Source: Chiloscyllium plagiosum
Lineage: Eukaryota
Length of the DNA stretch: 64,000 bases
Assembly: GCF_004010195.1 (NCBI RefSeq)
Contig: NC_057720.1
Coordinates: forward strand, 9,279,164-9,343,163
Direction: 5' to 3'
Made by a program: the position numbers and the translations under genes. Positions within the stretch are counted from its first letter, which is position 1; the number at the start of each line of letters is the position of its first letter. The notes below the pieces were generated by a model. That model searched no databases, had not been told where the DNA came from, and saw only the letters and a list, made by a program, of their open reading frames with translations. This document shows, one piece after another, positions 13,511-25,639 of this stretch.

Positions 13511-14394
13511 CTCACAGCTAGTTTATATGCAGATGAAAGGGTGGGGGGGAGGGCGGAAGGAGTAACTAATAGGTGGGTATAGAGTGTAAAGAGAGAGAAG
13601 AACAGTTGGACAGACAAAGGAGTGGATAACGATCTGTTGATGGGGATAGTTAGTAGCCATTACCATTCAACTACCATCATTTCTAAGGAAGGGTTGCTTG
13701 ATCTGAAATGTTAACTCTGATTTATCTACACAAATGCTGCCAGATTTGCCGAGCTTTTCCAGCAATTTCTGTTTTTGTCTCTGACTTACAGCAGCTGCAG
13801 TTCTTTCAGCTTTTATCTGGACTAGTTTTGGATAGATTTTCTTTTAGGTTACACTGCATTTGCTTATTGGCACAGGAGTAACAGATGAGTGGTAATGGTT
13901 GTTGATTCTCCAGATAAGAATAAGAAAGTTTCTTTACTCATTGTTCCAATACACTGCAAGCTCTTTCCACCAGCGAAAAATGAATTGCACCTTTTTAATT
14001 TTCGGTATATCTGTAGTCTTAAATTCAACACTTTCTTAGAAAAGAAGAAAGAATATGAGGGCATAGATTTAAAATGATGTGCAAAAGAACCAAAGGGTAA
14101 TGTGAGAAAAAAACTTTATGGAGTGAGTAGTTAGGGTATGAAGTGCACCGTCTGCAAATGTGCAGGAGGCTGGTTCAATTGAAGCAGTCAAGCGGGACAT
14201 TGGAAGGTTACTTGGATGATCATGGTGTGCAGGGAGATGGGAAAAAGGCAGGAGATTGGCACGAGGTAATAGTACTGGAGCAGGTATCATGGGCAAATGG
14301 CTCCCTGTGCCATTCACAATCCTGTGATTTTAACATTGATGAATGTAACACCCAGTAAAATAGTATTTCAATGTAAGAGGCCAAACAGGGAAGG

Positions 14395-16607
14395 GAGATG
14401 AGCTCAGGGCATGGTAAGGAACATGGGACTAGGATATCATAGTAATTACAGAAATGTGGCTCAGGGATGGGCAGGACTGACAGCTTAATGTTCCAGGATA
14501 CAAATGCTACAGAAAGGATAGAAAAGGAGGCAAGAGAGGAGGGGGAGTGGCATTTTTGATAAGGGATAGCATTACAGCTGTGCTGAGGGAGGATATTCCC
14601 GGAAATACATCCAGGGAAGTGATGAGAAACTGAGTGGAACTGAGAAATAAGAAAGGGATGATCACCTTATTGGGATTGTAATTTAGACCCCCTAACGGTC
14701 AGTGGGAAATTGAGAAACAAAATTGTAAGCAAATCTCAGTTAGCTGTAAGAATAATAAGATGGTTATGGTAGGGGATTTAAACTTTCCAAACATAGACTG
14801 GGACTGCCATAGTGTTACGGGTTTAGATGGAGAAGAATTTGTTAAGTGTGTACAAGAAAAATTTCTGATTCAGTATGTAGAAGTACCTACTAGAGAAGGT
14901 GCAAAATAGAGAAAGAATAGGGCCCCTTAAAGATCAGCAAGGCGGCCTTTGTGTGGAGCCGCAGGAGATGGGGCAGATACTAAATGAGTATTTTGCATCA
15001 GTATTTACTGTGGAAAAGGACATGGAATACATGGAATGTAGGGAAATAGATGGTGACATCTTGAAAAATGTCCATATTACAGAGAAAAAAATGCTGGATG
15101 TCTTGAAACACATAAAAGTGGGTAAGTCCCCAGGATCTGATCGGGAATACCCTAGAAATCTGTGGGAAGCTAGGGAAGTGGTTGCTGGGTCTTGTACTGA
15201 GATAGTTGTGTTACCGATACTCACAGGTGAGGTGCCGGAAGACTGCAGGTTGTTTAAGGTGGTGTCACTGTTTAAGAAGGGTGGCAAGGACAAGCCAGGG
15301 AACTATAGACCAGTGAGCCTGATGTCACTGGTGGGCATGTTGTTGGAAGGAATCCGGAGGGACAGGATGTACATGCATTTAGAAAGGCAAGGACTGATTA
15401 GGGATAGTCTCACAATCTTGACTGAGTTTTTTAAAGAAGTAAAAAAGAAGGTTAATGAGGGCAGAGCTGTAGATGTGATCTATATGGACTTCAGTAAGGC
15501 GTTCAACAAGGTTCCCCATGGGAGACTGATTAGCAAGGTTAGATCCAATGGAATACAGGGAGAATTCGCCATTTGGATACTGAACTGGCTCAAAGGTAGA
15601 AGACAGAGGGTGGTGGTGGAGGCTTGTTTTTCAGACTGGAGGCCTGTGACCAGTGGAGTGCCACAAGGATCAGTGCTGGGTCCTCTACTTTTTATCATTT
15701 ATATAAATGATTTGGATGTGAACACAAGAGGTATAGTTAGTAAGTTTGCAGATGACACCAAAATTGGAAGTATAGTGGACAGCGAAGAAGATTACCTCAG
15801 ATTACAATGGGATCTTGGTCAGATGGGCCAATNNNNNNNNNNNNNNNNNNNNNNNNNNNNNNNNNNNNNNNNNNNNNNNNNNNNNNNNNNNNNNNNNNNN
15901 NNNNNNNNNNNNNNNNNNNNNNNNNNNNNNNNNNNNNNNNNNNNNNNNNNNNNNNNNNNNNNNNNNNNNNNTGGTATGCTTTCCTTTATTGGTCAGAGTA
16001 TTGAGTACAGGAGTTGGGAGGTCATGTTGCAGCTGTAAAGGACATTAGTTAGGCCACTGTTGGAATATTGCGTGCAATTCTGGTCTCCTTCCTATCAGAA
16101 AGATGTTGTGAATCTTGAAAGGGTTCAGAAAAGATTTACAAGGATGTTGCAGGGTTGGAGGATTTGAGCTGCAGGGAGAGGCTGAATAGGCTGGGGCTGT
16201 TTTCTTTCGAGGATCGGAGGCTGAGGGGTGACCTTATAGAGGTTTATAAAATCATGAGGGGCATGGATAGGATAAATAGACAAAAAATTTTCCTGGAATG
16301 GGGGAGTCTAGAACTTGAGGGCATAGGTTTAGGGTGAGAGGTGAAAGATATAGGAAAGACCTAAGGGGCAACTTTTTCACTCAGAGTGTGGTACGTGTAT
16401 AGAATGAGCTGCCAGAGGAAGTGGTGGAGGCTGGTACAATTGCAACATTTAAAAGGCAACCGGATGGGCATATGAATAGGAAGGGTTTGGAAGGATATGG
16501 GCCGTATGCTGGCAGGTGGGACGAGATTGGATTAGGGTGTCCGATCAGCATGTACAGGTTGGACCAATTGGCCTATTTCCATGCTGTACATCTCTAGGAC
16601 TCTATGG
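14395..16607 (+). mobile_element. CR1 LINE, decayed ORF2 with internal deletion; contains an N gap
   Basis: APE motif DIIVITEMW. ORF 14899-16038 has GNYRPVSL, YMDFSKAF, GVPQGSVLGPLLF and KFADDTK. CR1 3' tail present. Confidence 0.95.
15833..15971. other. Assembly gap (N run)
   Basis: Run of n characters. Confidence 1.
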
Positions 16608-16636
16608 CTAAGAAACCCTTGAAAATTCCTGCTGTT

Positions 16637-16944
16637 TTAGATTAGATTCCCTACAGTGTGGAAACAGGCCCTTTGGCCCAACCAGTCCACACTGACTCTC
16701 TGAAGAGTAACCCACCCAGACCCATTTCCCTTTGACTATTTGACCAAACACTATGGGGCAAGTTAGCATGGCCAATTCACCTAACCTGCACATCCTTGGA
16801 CGGTGGGAAGAAACCGGAACACCCGGAGGAAACCCATGCAGACACGGGGAGAATGTGCAAACTCCACTCAGACAGTCACCTGAGGCTGGAATCAAACCTT
16901 GGGACCCTGGTGCTGTGAGGCAGCAGTGCTAACCACTGAGCCAC
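16637..16944 (-). mobile_element. HE1-type SINE
   Basis: tRNA head gtggctcagtggttagcactgctgcctcacagc, V-domain tgtggagtttgcacattctccccgtgtctg, and (tctaa)n tail. Confidence 0.92.
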
Positions 16945-17115
16945 TTCTTGAACATTGGACACGTAGGGAACTGAAATAATTTAATCAGAGCCTCCTCCTA
17001 AGTGTCAATCTTTTGTTCCAATTTCCAAACACATTAAGATGTTTTATATCTATACATCAACTTTATTGCTCTTGACACGTAATACATTTTGGTAAAACAA
17101 GCAAGGGCAGGACTT

Positions 17116-17490
17116 AGTCCAAAGATGTGCAGGCTAGGATGGATTTGCCATGCTGAGTTGTCCATTGTATCCAGGGATGTGCAGGTTAGGATGGGGGATT
17201 GACCATGCTAAATTGTCCACTGTATCCAGGGATGTGCAGGCGAGAGTGGATTGGCCATGCTAAATTGTCCATTGTATCCAGGGATGTGCAGTTTAGGATA
17301 GATTGGCCATGCTAAATTGTCCATTGTATCCAGGGATGTGCAGGCTAGGTGGATTAGCCATGGGAAATGCAGGGTTACGGGGATAGGGTAGGGATGTGTG
17401 TCTGGATGAGAAGCTCTTCGGAGGGTCAGCATGGACTCAATGGACCAAATGGCTTGTTTGCATACTTTAGGGATTCTGTAATTCTATGAT
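17116..17490 (+). mobile_element. HE1-type SINE 3' half with an internal ~52-55-bp tandem repeat (about 4.5 copies, 17125-17362)
   Basis: Unit gatgtgcaggctaggatggattggccatgctaaattgtccattgtatccagg is repeated. Confidence 0.85.
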
Positions 17491-17504
17491 TATCCAATTA
17501 ATTG

Positions 17505-18246
17505 TCGGATCCTGGGTAGTGTTTTCGAACAGAGAGACCTAGACGTTCAGGTACATAATGCTTTGGAATTTGTGTCACTTGTGGACAGGGTGGTTAAGAA
17601 GACATTTAGCCTGCTTACCTTCATTGTTCATACCATTGAGTATAGGAGTTGGGACGTCATGTTGAAGTTGTACAGGATGTTGGTGAGGCCTCTTCTGGAA
17701 TACTGTGTCCAGTTCTGGTCACCCTGTTATAAAAGAAGGACATTATTAAATTAGAGAAGGTGCAGGAAATATTTACCAAGATGCTGCTGTGAATGGAAAG
17801 TTTGAGTTATAAGGGGAGGCTGGATAGGCTGGGGACTTTTTCACTGAAGCATAGGAGGTTGATGGGCGATGTTATAGAGGTTTGTAAAATCATGAGGGGA
17901 ATAGATAAGGTGATTGACAAGGGTCTTTTCCCTCAGATGGGGGACTACCTGGAGGCAAACTTTTAAGGTGAGAGGAGAAAGCTTCAAAAAGGACACAAGG
18001 GACAACGTTTTTCCACAGACAGTGGCTCATGTGTGGAATGAACTTCTAAAGGAAGTGGTGGGTGTGGGTACAATTACGATGTTTAAAAGACATTTGGTTA
18101 AGTCCATGAATAGGAAGAGTTTGGAGAGATAGGGGTCAAATGCAGGCAAGTGGGACTAGTTTAGTTTGGGATTATGGTGAGCATGGATTAGTTAACTGAA
18201 GGGTCTGTTTCTATGCCGTATGACTCTATGTCTCGATGACTATGAC
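17505..18246 (+). mobile_element. CR1 LINE 3' fragment
   Basis: LYRMLVRPLLEYCVQFWSP; tail tatgactctatg. Confidence 0.9.
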
Positions 18247-19479
18247 TGAAAATAAACAGATTAACCGCACTTTGACACAAATCTAAATAAAGCTGGAGCA
18301 GTAATTATTTTCAAGATTGCAGAGTGTAGATATTGATGATTATGCTGAATAGGAAGATATATTACTTCCCATCATTTGTTTGAAATTGAGCTTGTCACCG
18401 GCAATGTCTGAAAGAAATCCCTTGTGAGGAAATTATCCAAAAGTTGTTGTGAGTTCTAATTGACGGCAATTAAGTTAGAAGTGACAACTCAAGTCACTTG
18501 GAGGTGTGAAGTGCTGGTTTGTTTTTTTCTAGATGTTGCAGAAACTCCAGGATTTTGATTTGACTCCCAAGACCAGATACAGTCAGTGTCAAGGACACAC
18601 AGCACGGGTGGATCATCTGGCATCTGTGCAAAGGTCATCTTCAGAGTGTTACTCACACAGTAACGTGCAAATATATATAGTGCCTTTAAAACAGTATGAT
18701 ATCCTGAAGTCCTTTACAGCATCATAAGAAAGATACAATCTAATGTCGAGTTAAAAGAAGGAGACATGAGAGTTCTTGAGCATCGACCATTTTAACCAAC
18801 TTGTTACAACGTCCTTCTGGAACACTTAGAATTGAACTCTAGTCTCCTGGCTCAGAGTTAAGCACATCATCACTGTACCAAAATAACCTGTTGGGCTGAT
18901 GAATACAAACTAGGTCAAAGAGTTAAGTTTTAAGAAAGGTCATTTTTGCCAGAGCCTTCTCATATTGTTATGATTCCAGTTGATGCTAATACCATACAGG
19001 TCAGATCCCAGGACAAAAACTGATTTGATAGACTGTACCATTTATATTTTTCTTTTGATTACTGTGGAAGTCACTCATTGAACATATACATAAAAGGCTA
19101 CCATTGAACTTTTAGTGAAAGAATATAGTTTTTGCACTAAAGTAAAACCATGGATATCCATTGGATAAGAAAATCTGAAAGATAGATTACAAACATCAAA
19201 AAGAAAGATTCATCTCTTTTATCCCAGCTGTAGTCAGAGGTATCCTCAGAGGTAGAGTCACTCCTATCTCCTTGCAATGGGTGTGTGTTTAGTAGACATG
19301 GCTTTAATCAGTTTCCTTTCAATAAATCACTGCATATTTACTAGATGCTATTTTCATCAGCTGAAGTGTTCCCAATGTAGTAATGTAACCCATCAGGGAA
19401 GGCATAGACAGGATTTCACAGTCACAGAAGTGTGCTGGCAGACAACAAGCTGGTTTGAAGTGTATCTACTTCAACGCCA

Positions 19480-22253
19480 GGAGTATCTGGAATAAGGTAG
19501 GTGAGCTTGCAGCATGGATAGGTACCTGGGACTTCGATGTTGTGGCCATTTAGCAGACATGGATAGAGCAGGGTCAGGAATGGATTTTGCAGGTTCCAGG
19601 GTTTAGATCTTTCATTAAGAACAGGGAGGGTGGTAAAAGAGGGGGAGGTGTGGACTTGTTAGTCAAGGACAGTATAATGGTGACTAAAAGAACTTTTGAC
19701 GAGGACTTGTCTATTGAGGTGGTATGGGCTTAGGTTAGAAAAAGGAGAGGAAAGGTCACACTGCTGGGAGGTTTTTAAAGGCTTCCGCAGAGTTCCAGAG
19801 ATGTGGAGGAAAGGATTGGCAAAATTATTCTAGGTAAGAGTGAAAGGAACAGTTTGGTCATTATGGGGTCTTTAACTTCCACAACATTGACTGGAAATAC
19901 TATAACTCTAGTACATCAGATGGATCAGTTTTTGTCCAATGTGTACAGAAGAGTTTCCTGACACAGTATGTCGAAGGGCCGACAAGAGGGGAGGCCACAC
20001 TGGATCTGGTGTTTGGTAATGAACCAGGCCAGGTGTTTGATTTAGTGGTAGGTGAGCACTTTGGGGAGAGTGACCATAATTCAGTTACGTTAGTTTAGCG
20101 ATGGAAAGGGATAGGTACATACCACAGGGCAAGAGTTATAGATGGGGGAAGGGCAATTATAATGTGATTAGATAAGACTTAGGACGCATAGAATGGGGTA
20201 GCAAATTCAGGGGATGGGGACAATCGAAATGTGGAGATGGTTTAAGGAACAATTATTGCGTGTCCTTGATAGGTATGTCCCTGTCAGGCAGGAGGAAGTA
20301 ATAAGGTGTGGGAACCGTGGTTTACTACAGAAATTGCATCTCTTGTTAAGCAGAAGGAGGAGGCTTATGTGACGATGAGATAAGATGGTTCAGATGAGGC
20401 GATGCAAAGTTACTGAATAGCTAGAAAAGATTTAAAGAAAGAGTTAAGAAGAGCAAGGAGGGAAGATGAACAGTCTTTAGCAGGTAGAATAAAGGAGAAC
20501 TTTCTCTAGGTATGTGAGGAATAAAAGTATGACTAGAGTAGGAATAGGGCCAGTCAAAGGCAGAAGTGTGAAGCTGTGTGTGGACCCTGTGGAGATTGGA
20601 GAGGTGCTAAACAAATATTTCTCATTGGTTTTCACTTAGGAAAAGGAGAATATTGTAGAGGAGAAGAATGAAATATGAGATATTAGACTAAAAAGAATCG
20701 AGGTTAGTCAGGAAGAGATGCTATCAATTCAAGAAGGAGTGAAAGTAGACAAGTCCCCTGGGCTGAATGGGATTTATCCGAGGATTCTCTGGGAAGCTAG
20801 GGATGAGGTGATGGAGCCTTTGGCTTTGGTCTTTGAGTTGTCATTGTCTACAGGTTTAGTACCAGAAGACTGGAGGATTGCAAATGTTGTGCCCTTGTTC
20901 AAGAAAGGCAGTAGAGATAACCCAGGTAATTACAAACCAGTGAGCCATACTTCTACTGGAAGAAAAGTTTTGGAAAGGATTATAAGAGCTAGGATTTATA
21001 ATAATCTAGCAAGCAACAATTTGATTTCAGATAGTCTACATGGTTTTGTCTCATAAACCCCCACTGAATGTTTTGAGAAGGAGACTAAGTATGTGGATGA
21101 GGATGGGGAGTTGATGCAGTATACATGGACTTCAGTAAAGCATTTGATAAGGTTCCACATGGTAGGCTGATGGAGAAAATGCAGAGGCATGGAATTGAGG
21201 ACGATTTAGCAGTCTGGATTAGAAACTGGCTTTCTGAAAGAAGGCAGCGTATGGTGGTTGATGGAAAATATTCAGCCTGGAGTCTGGTTACTAGTGGTAT
21301 GCCACAAGGAACTGCTTTGGGACCACTGCTGTTTGTCATTTTTATAAATGCCTGGGATGCAGGCATAGGTGGATGGGTTAATAAGTTTGCAGATGACACT
21401 AAAGTCAGTAGAGTAGTGGACAGTGTGGATGTTGCAGGTTGCAGGGGGTCTTGGATAAGCTGCAGAATTGGGCTGAGAGGTGGAAAATGGAGTTCAATGC
21501 AATTAAATGTGAGGTGATTCACTTTGGGAAGAATAACAGGAAGGTAGAATACTGGGTCAACGGAAAGATTCTTGCTAGTGTGGATGCGCAGAGGGATCTT
21601 GGAGTCCTGAAAATTGCCACCCAAAGTTTGATAGTGCTGTTAAAAAGGCATACAGTGTGTTAGGTTTTATTGGTAGAGGGATTGATTTCTGGAGCCGTGA
21701 TGTCATGCCGCAACTATACAAAACGCTAGTGCGGCCGCACTTGGAATATTGTGTACACGTCATGTCGGCCCATTACAGGAAGGATGTGGAAGCATTGGAA
21801 AAGGTACAGAGGAGATTTACCAGGATGTTGCCTGGTCTGGAGTGAAAATCAAATGAGGAAAGGCTGAGAGACTTGGGTCTGTTTTCATTGGAAAGAAGAA
21901 GGCTAAGAGAGACATACAAGATGATCAGTGGATTAAATAGGGTGGACTGTGAGAGTTTTTTTCCTAGGATGATGACAACAACTTGTACGAGGTCGCATAG
22001 TTACAAATTTGAGGGGCTATAGATTTAAGACAGATGTTAGAGGCAGGTTCTTTAATCAGAGAGTGGTAAGGGTATGGAATGCCTGCCTGCCAAAGTAGTT
22101 AACTCAGCCACAATTGGGAGATTTGAACAATCCTTGGATAAGCATATGGATGATGATAGGATAGTGTAGGGAGATGGGCTTAGATTAGTTCACAGGTCGG
22201 CGCAACATTAAGGACCGAAGGGCCTGTTCTGCGCTGTATTGTTCTATGTTCTG
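19480..22253 (+). mobile_element. CR1 LINE, near-complete decayed ORF2 plus 3' tail
   Basis: APE region (GTWDFDVVAI, GEHFGESDHN) and RT (MDFSKAFDKVPH, GMPQGTALGPLLF, KFADDTK); multiple stops and frameshifts. Confidence 0.95.
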
Positions 22254-22349
22254 TTACTACATTACATAGCTCTCCTAAACTCATACCTTCAGCAGCCTTG
22301 TATCATAGAAATCCTACACTGCAGAAGAAGGTCATTTTGCCCATCAAGT

Positions 22350-22851
22350 TCATACCTCCTTGAAAGTGGAGTCGCGGGTAGATAGGATAGTGAAGAAGGC
22401 GTTTGGTATGCTTTCCTTTATTGGTCAGAGTATTGAGTACAGGAGTTGGGAGGTCATGTTGCGGCTGTACAGGACATTGGTTAGACCACTGTTGGAATAT
22501 TGCGGCATGGATAGGATAAATAGACAAAGTCTTTTCCCTGGGGTACGGGAGTCCAGAACTAGAGGGCATAGGTTTAGGGTGAGAGGGGAAAGATATAAAA
22601 GAGACCTAAGGGGCAACTTTTTCCACACAGAGGGTGGTACGTGTATGGAATGAACTGCCAGAGGAAGTGGTGGAGGCTGGTACAATTACAACATTTAAGA
22701 GGTATTTGGATGGGTATATGAATAAGAAGGGTTTGGAGGGATATGGGCCGGCTGCTGGCAGGTGGGACTAGATTGGGTTGGGATATCTGGTCGGCATGGA
22801 CGGGTTGGACCGAAGGGTCTATTTCCATGCTGTACATCTCTATGACTCTAT
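22350..22851 (+). mobile_element. CR1 LINE 3' fragment
   Basis: KKAFGMLSFIGQSIEYRSWEVMLRLYRTLVRPLLEYC; 3' tail. Confidence 0.92.
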
Positions 22852-22854
22852 AAG

Positions 22855-23123
22855 TCCACACCAATCTGTGAAAATCATCACAGGTGGACCCAGCTCTTCC
22901 CACTGTATCCTGTCACCTCACATGTACTCTAGATGATCCACGAAGCAAACACATTCCTGAACACTATAGGCAATCCATGTAACCTGCATATCTTTGGTCT
23001 GTGGGAGGAAATCAGAGCATGCAGAGGAAACATGCAAATTACACACAGATGGTTGCCCAAGGCTGGAATCGAACTAGGGTCCCTGATGCTATTAGACAGC
23101 AGTGCTAACCACTGAGCCACCAT
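22855..23123 (-). mobile_element. HE1-type SINE
   Basis: atggtggctcagtggttagcactgct head on the minus strand. Confidence 0.85.
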
Positions 23124-23548
23124 GAATGTCCTTGTAGGACAGCTTTCTTTTTGGCACCCTCACAGCCTTTTGCTTCTAGTCTTTTCTTTTCACTGATTCC
23201 TTCGCCCCTCTGGACTTTACCCAGCCTTGATGTTTTAAGCCTGATGTTAGCAACACCTCTATGATTATGGGCCTCTTCTCCTCTGTATGAGCCTGCTTCA
23301 AGCTCCTGTCTGTCCCTGGAGGAAGAAAACGCACATCAGCAAATACCTTACATCTATCTCCTCAGGTGGCTTCCTATCACTTAGCTTAAATCATATGGCA
23401 TTATTTTTAATTCCATGTTCAAAGTGACTTCCTGACTTCTCAAATCAAACTCGTTCTACTTCACAGAACTAAAATTTAAAATCCATTTTCCCTCCACTTT
23501 AGAACCCAGATTCGCAAATAATTATACTAATGAAATATTAAACTTCAT

Positions 23549-23862
23549 AAAGCACCTTCCAAACCCATGACCACTTCCATCTAGAAGGACAAGGACAACT
23601 GATACACGAGAACACCACCAGCGTCAAGTTCCCCTCCAATCCACTCACCATCCTGACTTGGAGATATATCGTAGTTCCTTCTGTGTCACTGGGTCAGAAT
23701 CCTGGAATTCCCACCCTAAGGCATTGTGGGTCAACCCACAGCAGGTGCACTGCAGCGGCTCAAGAAGGCAGCTCACCACCATCTTCTCAATGGGCAATGA
23801 GAGTCAGGCAATAATTGCAGGACCAACCAGCAATGCGCACATCCCACAAATTAATTTAAAAA
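23549..23862 (+). mobile_element. CR1/L2/Jockey-group LINE 3' end (family X)
   Basis: ccacttccatctagaaggacaagg...caagaaggcagctcaccacc...cacatcccacaa. Same family as 39385-40110, 47900-48300, 52572-53290 and 59455-60335. Confidence 0.75.
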
Positions 23863-23962
23863 AACAAAATAATAGAAGCTTATTTCTACAATTTAGTGTT
23901 GTGTCTACCTCTGTAAAATCACCCTTGATCCTTTGCTTGTGTAAGCACTCCTGGTATCTTTC

Positions 23963-24595
23963 AGAGTCATAGAGTCACACAGCACGGAACCAGAGCCTTC
24001 AGTGCACCTGGTCTGAGCTGACCGTAATTCCAATCTAAACTAGTCCCACCTGCTTGTTCCTAGCCCATAACCCTCCAAACATTTTTTGTTCATGTACTTA
24101 TCTAAACTTCTTTTCAATGTTGTAACTGAATCCACATCCACCATTTTCTCTGGCTGGTCATTTCATACATAAACTACTCTCTACGTAAAAAGAAATTGCC
24201 CCTCATGTCTTTTTAAATTTTTTCTCATCTCACCTTAAAGATATACCCTCTAGTTTTGAAATCTCTCACTCTAGGGAAAAGATACCTGTCATTCACCTTA
24301 TCTCTACCCCATGATTTTATAAACCTCTATATGGTCAGCTCTAAAACCTCCAGTGAAAAAAGTCCAGCCTCTCCTTATAACTCAAGCCCTCCATCCTTGG
24401 CAAACTTCTCCAATTTAATAATATCCTTCCTCTAACTGGGCAACCAGAACTGGACACAGTACTGCGAAAGATGCTTCTACAACATCCTGTACAACTTCAA
24501 CATGATGTCCCAACTCAAGGTTGGGAAAAATGTCTCAAAAGTCTGAGCAAGCATGCTAAACACCTTCTTACCCACCCTGTCTACCTGTAACACAA
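23963..24595 (-). mobile_element. CR1 LINE 3' fragment
   Basis: Minus-strand tail gactctatgactct and YCVQFW-like segment. Confidence 0.88.
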
Positions 24596-24766
24596 ATAAT
24601 AATTAATTGGAATAACTAATCCAAATTTAGTCAGCTTCTTATAATCTCCTTGCAGATGCTGAATATCAGGTCTAATAGCAATCCTACCTGTGTTGACCTT
24701 TCTTGCCTAATCCTTTCATTTAACTCTTCAGCATCATTTTGTTAATATTGTGCACCTTTCATAGAA

Positions 24767-25196
24767 GGTGTGCACCTTGGACTCCTCCATCGCCAGATCA
24801 TAGCAACACGACGGCTGGAGGAAGAGCACCTCATCTTCCGCCTAGGAACCCTCCAACCACAAGGGATGAATTCAGATTGCTACAGTTTCCTCATTTCCCC
24901 TCTCCCCACCTTGTCTCAGTCCCATCCCTCGAACTCAGTACCACCTTCCTAACCTGCAATCTTCTTCTTGACCTCTCTGCCCCCACCCCCACTCTGGCCT
25001 ATCACCCTTACCTTAACCTCCTTCCACCTATCACATTTCCAACGCCCCTCCCCCAAGTCCCTCCTCCCTACCTTTTATCTTAGCCTGCTTGGCACACTCT
25101 CCTCATTCCTGAAGAAGGGCTCATGCCCGAAATGTCAATTCTCCTGCTCCTTGGATGCTGCCTGACCTGCTGCGCTTTTCCAGCAACACATTTTCA
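24767..25196 (+). mobile_element. 5'-truncated Penelope-like element with 15-bp TSD and hammerhead-like core (25109-25136)
   Basis: LGLLHRQIIATRRLEEEHLIFRLGTLQPQGMN (GIY-YIG C-terminus); TSD gcacctttcatagaa at 24752-24766 and 25197-25211. Confidence 0.9.
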
Positions 25197-25540
25197 GCAC
25201 CTTTCATAGAACCCCAGTCTATACCAGGAAAATCTAAATTGCCCAGAACAATTAAAACTGTTTCATTATAATCTTTCCTTGTTTGACTATATGAATCTTC
25301 AATAAGTCACTTTTACTGATCTGGTCCTCTCTAGTAGATGCTGATAATTTTTTCTCATCCCCTCATGGTCATCTTGTCCTAGAATTCTGACCTGAAGATA
25401 AAATGATAATGGGAGATGGAGAGCGTTGAAAGGATCACTGGTTGAAAACAGAACAAATCTCAGGGGCAGTTTGAAACCATCAGAGAATTCTCAGGATCAG
25501 ATACCCCTCTGGCTGCCTGATGCTATACCCCTATGATATC

Positions 25541-25639
25541 TGATTCCTGAAGAAGGGCTCATGCCCGAAATGTCGATTCTCCTGCTCCTTGGATGCTGCC
25601 TGACCTGCTGCGTTTTTCCAGCAACACATTTTCACCTCA
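25541..25639 (+). mobile_element. ~100-bp PLE pLTR unit starting at the hammerhead core (25547-25574)
   Basis: ctgaagaagggctcatgcccgaaatgtc; flanking atgatatc at 25533-25540 and 25640-25647. Confidence 0.8.

Noticed and set aside
14899..16038. Longest ORF (379 aa, RT)
   Set aside because: It is a CR1 ORF2 remnant spanning an N gap, with a deletion and a stop-containing endonuclease upstream. It is not an intact or domesticated gene.
18533..18727. ORF after a strong splice acceptor (tttgtttttttctag)
   Set aside because: There is no recognisable protein, no clear donor and no partner exons.
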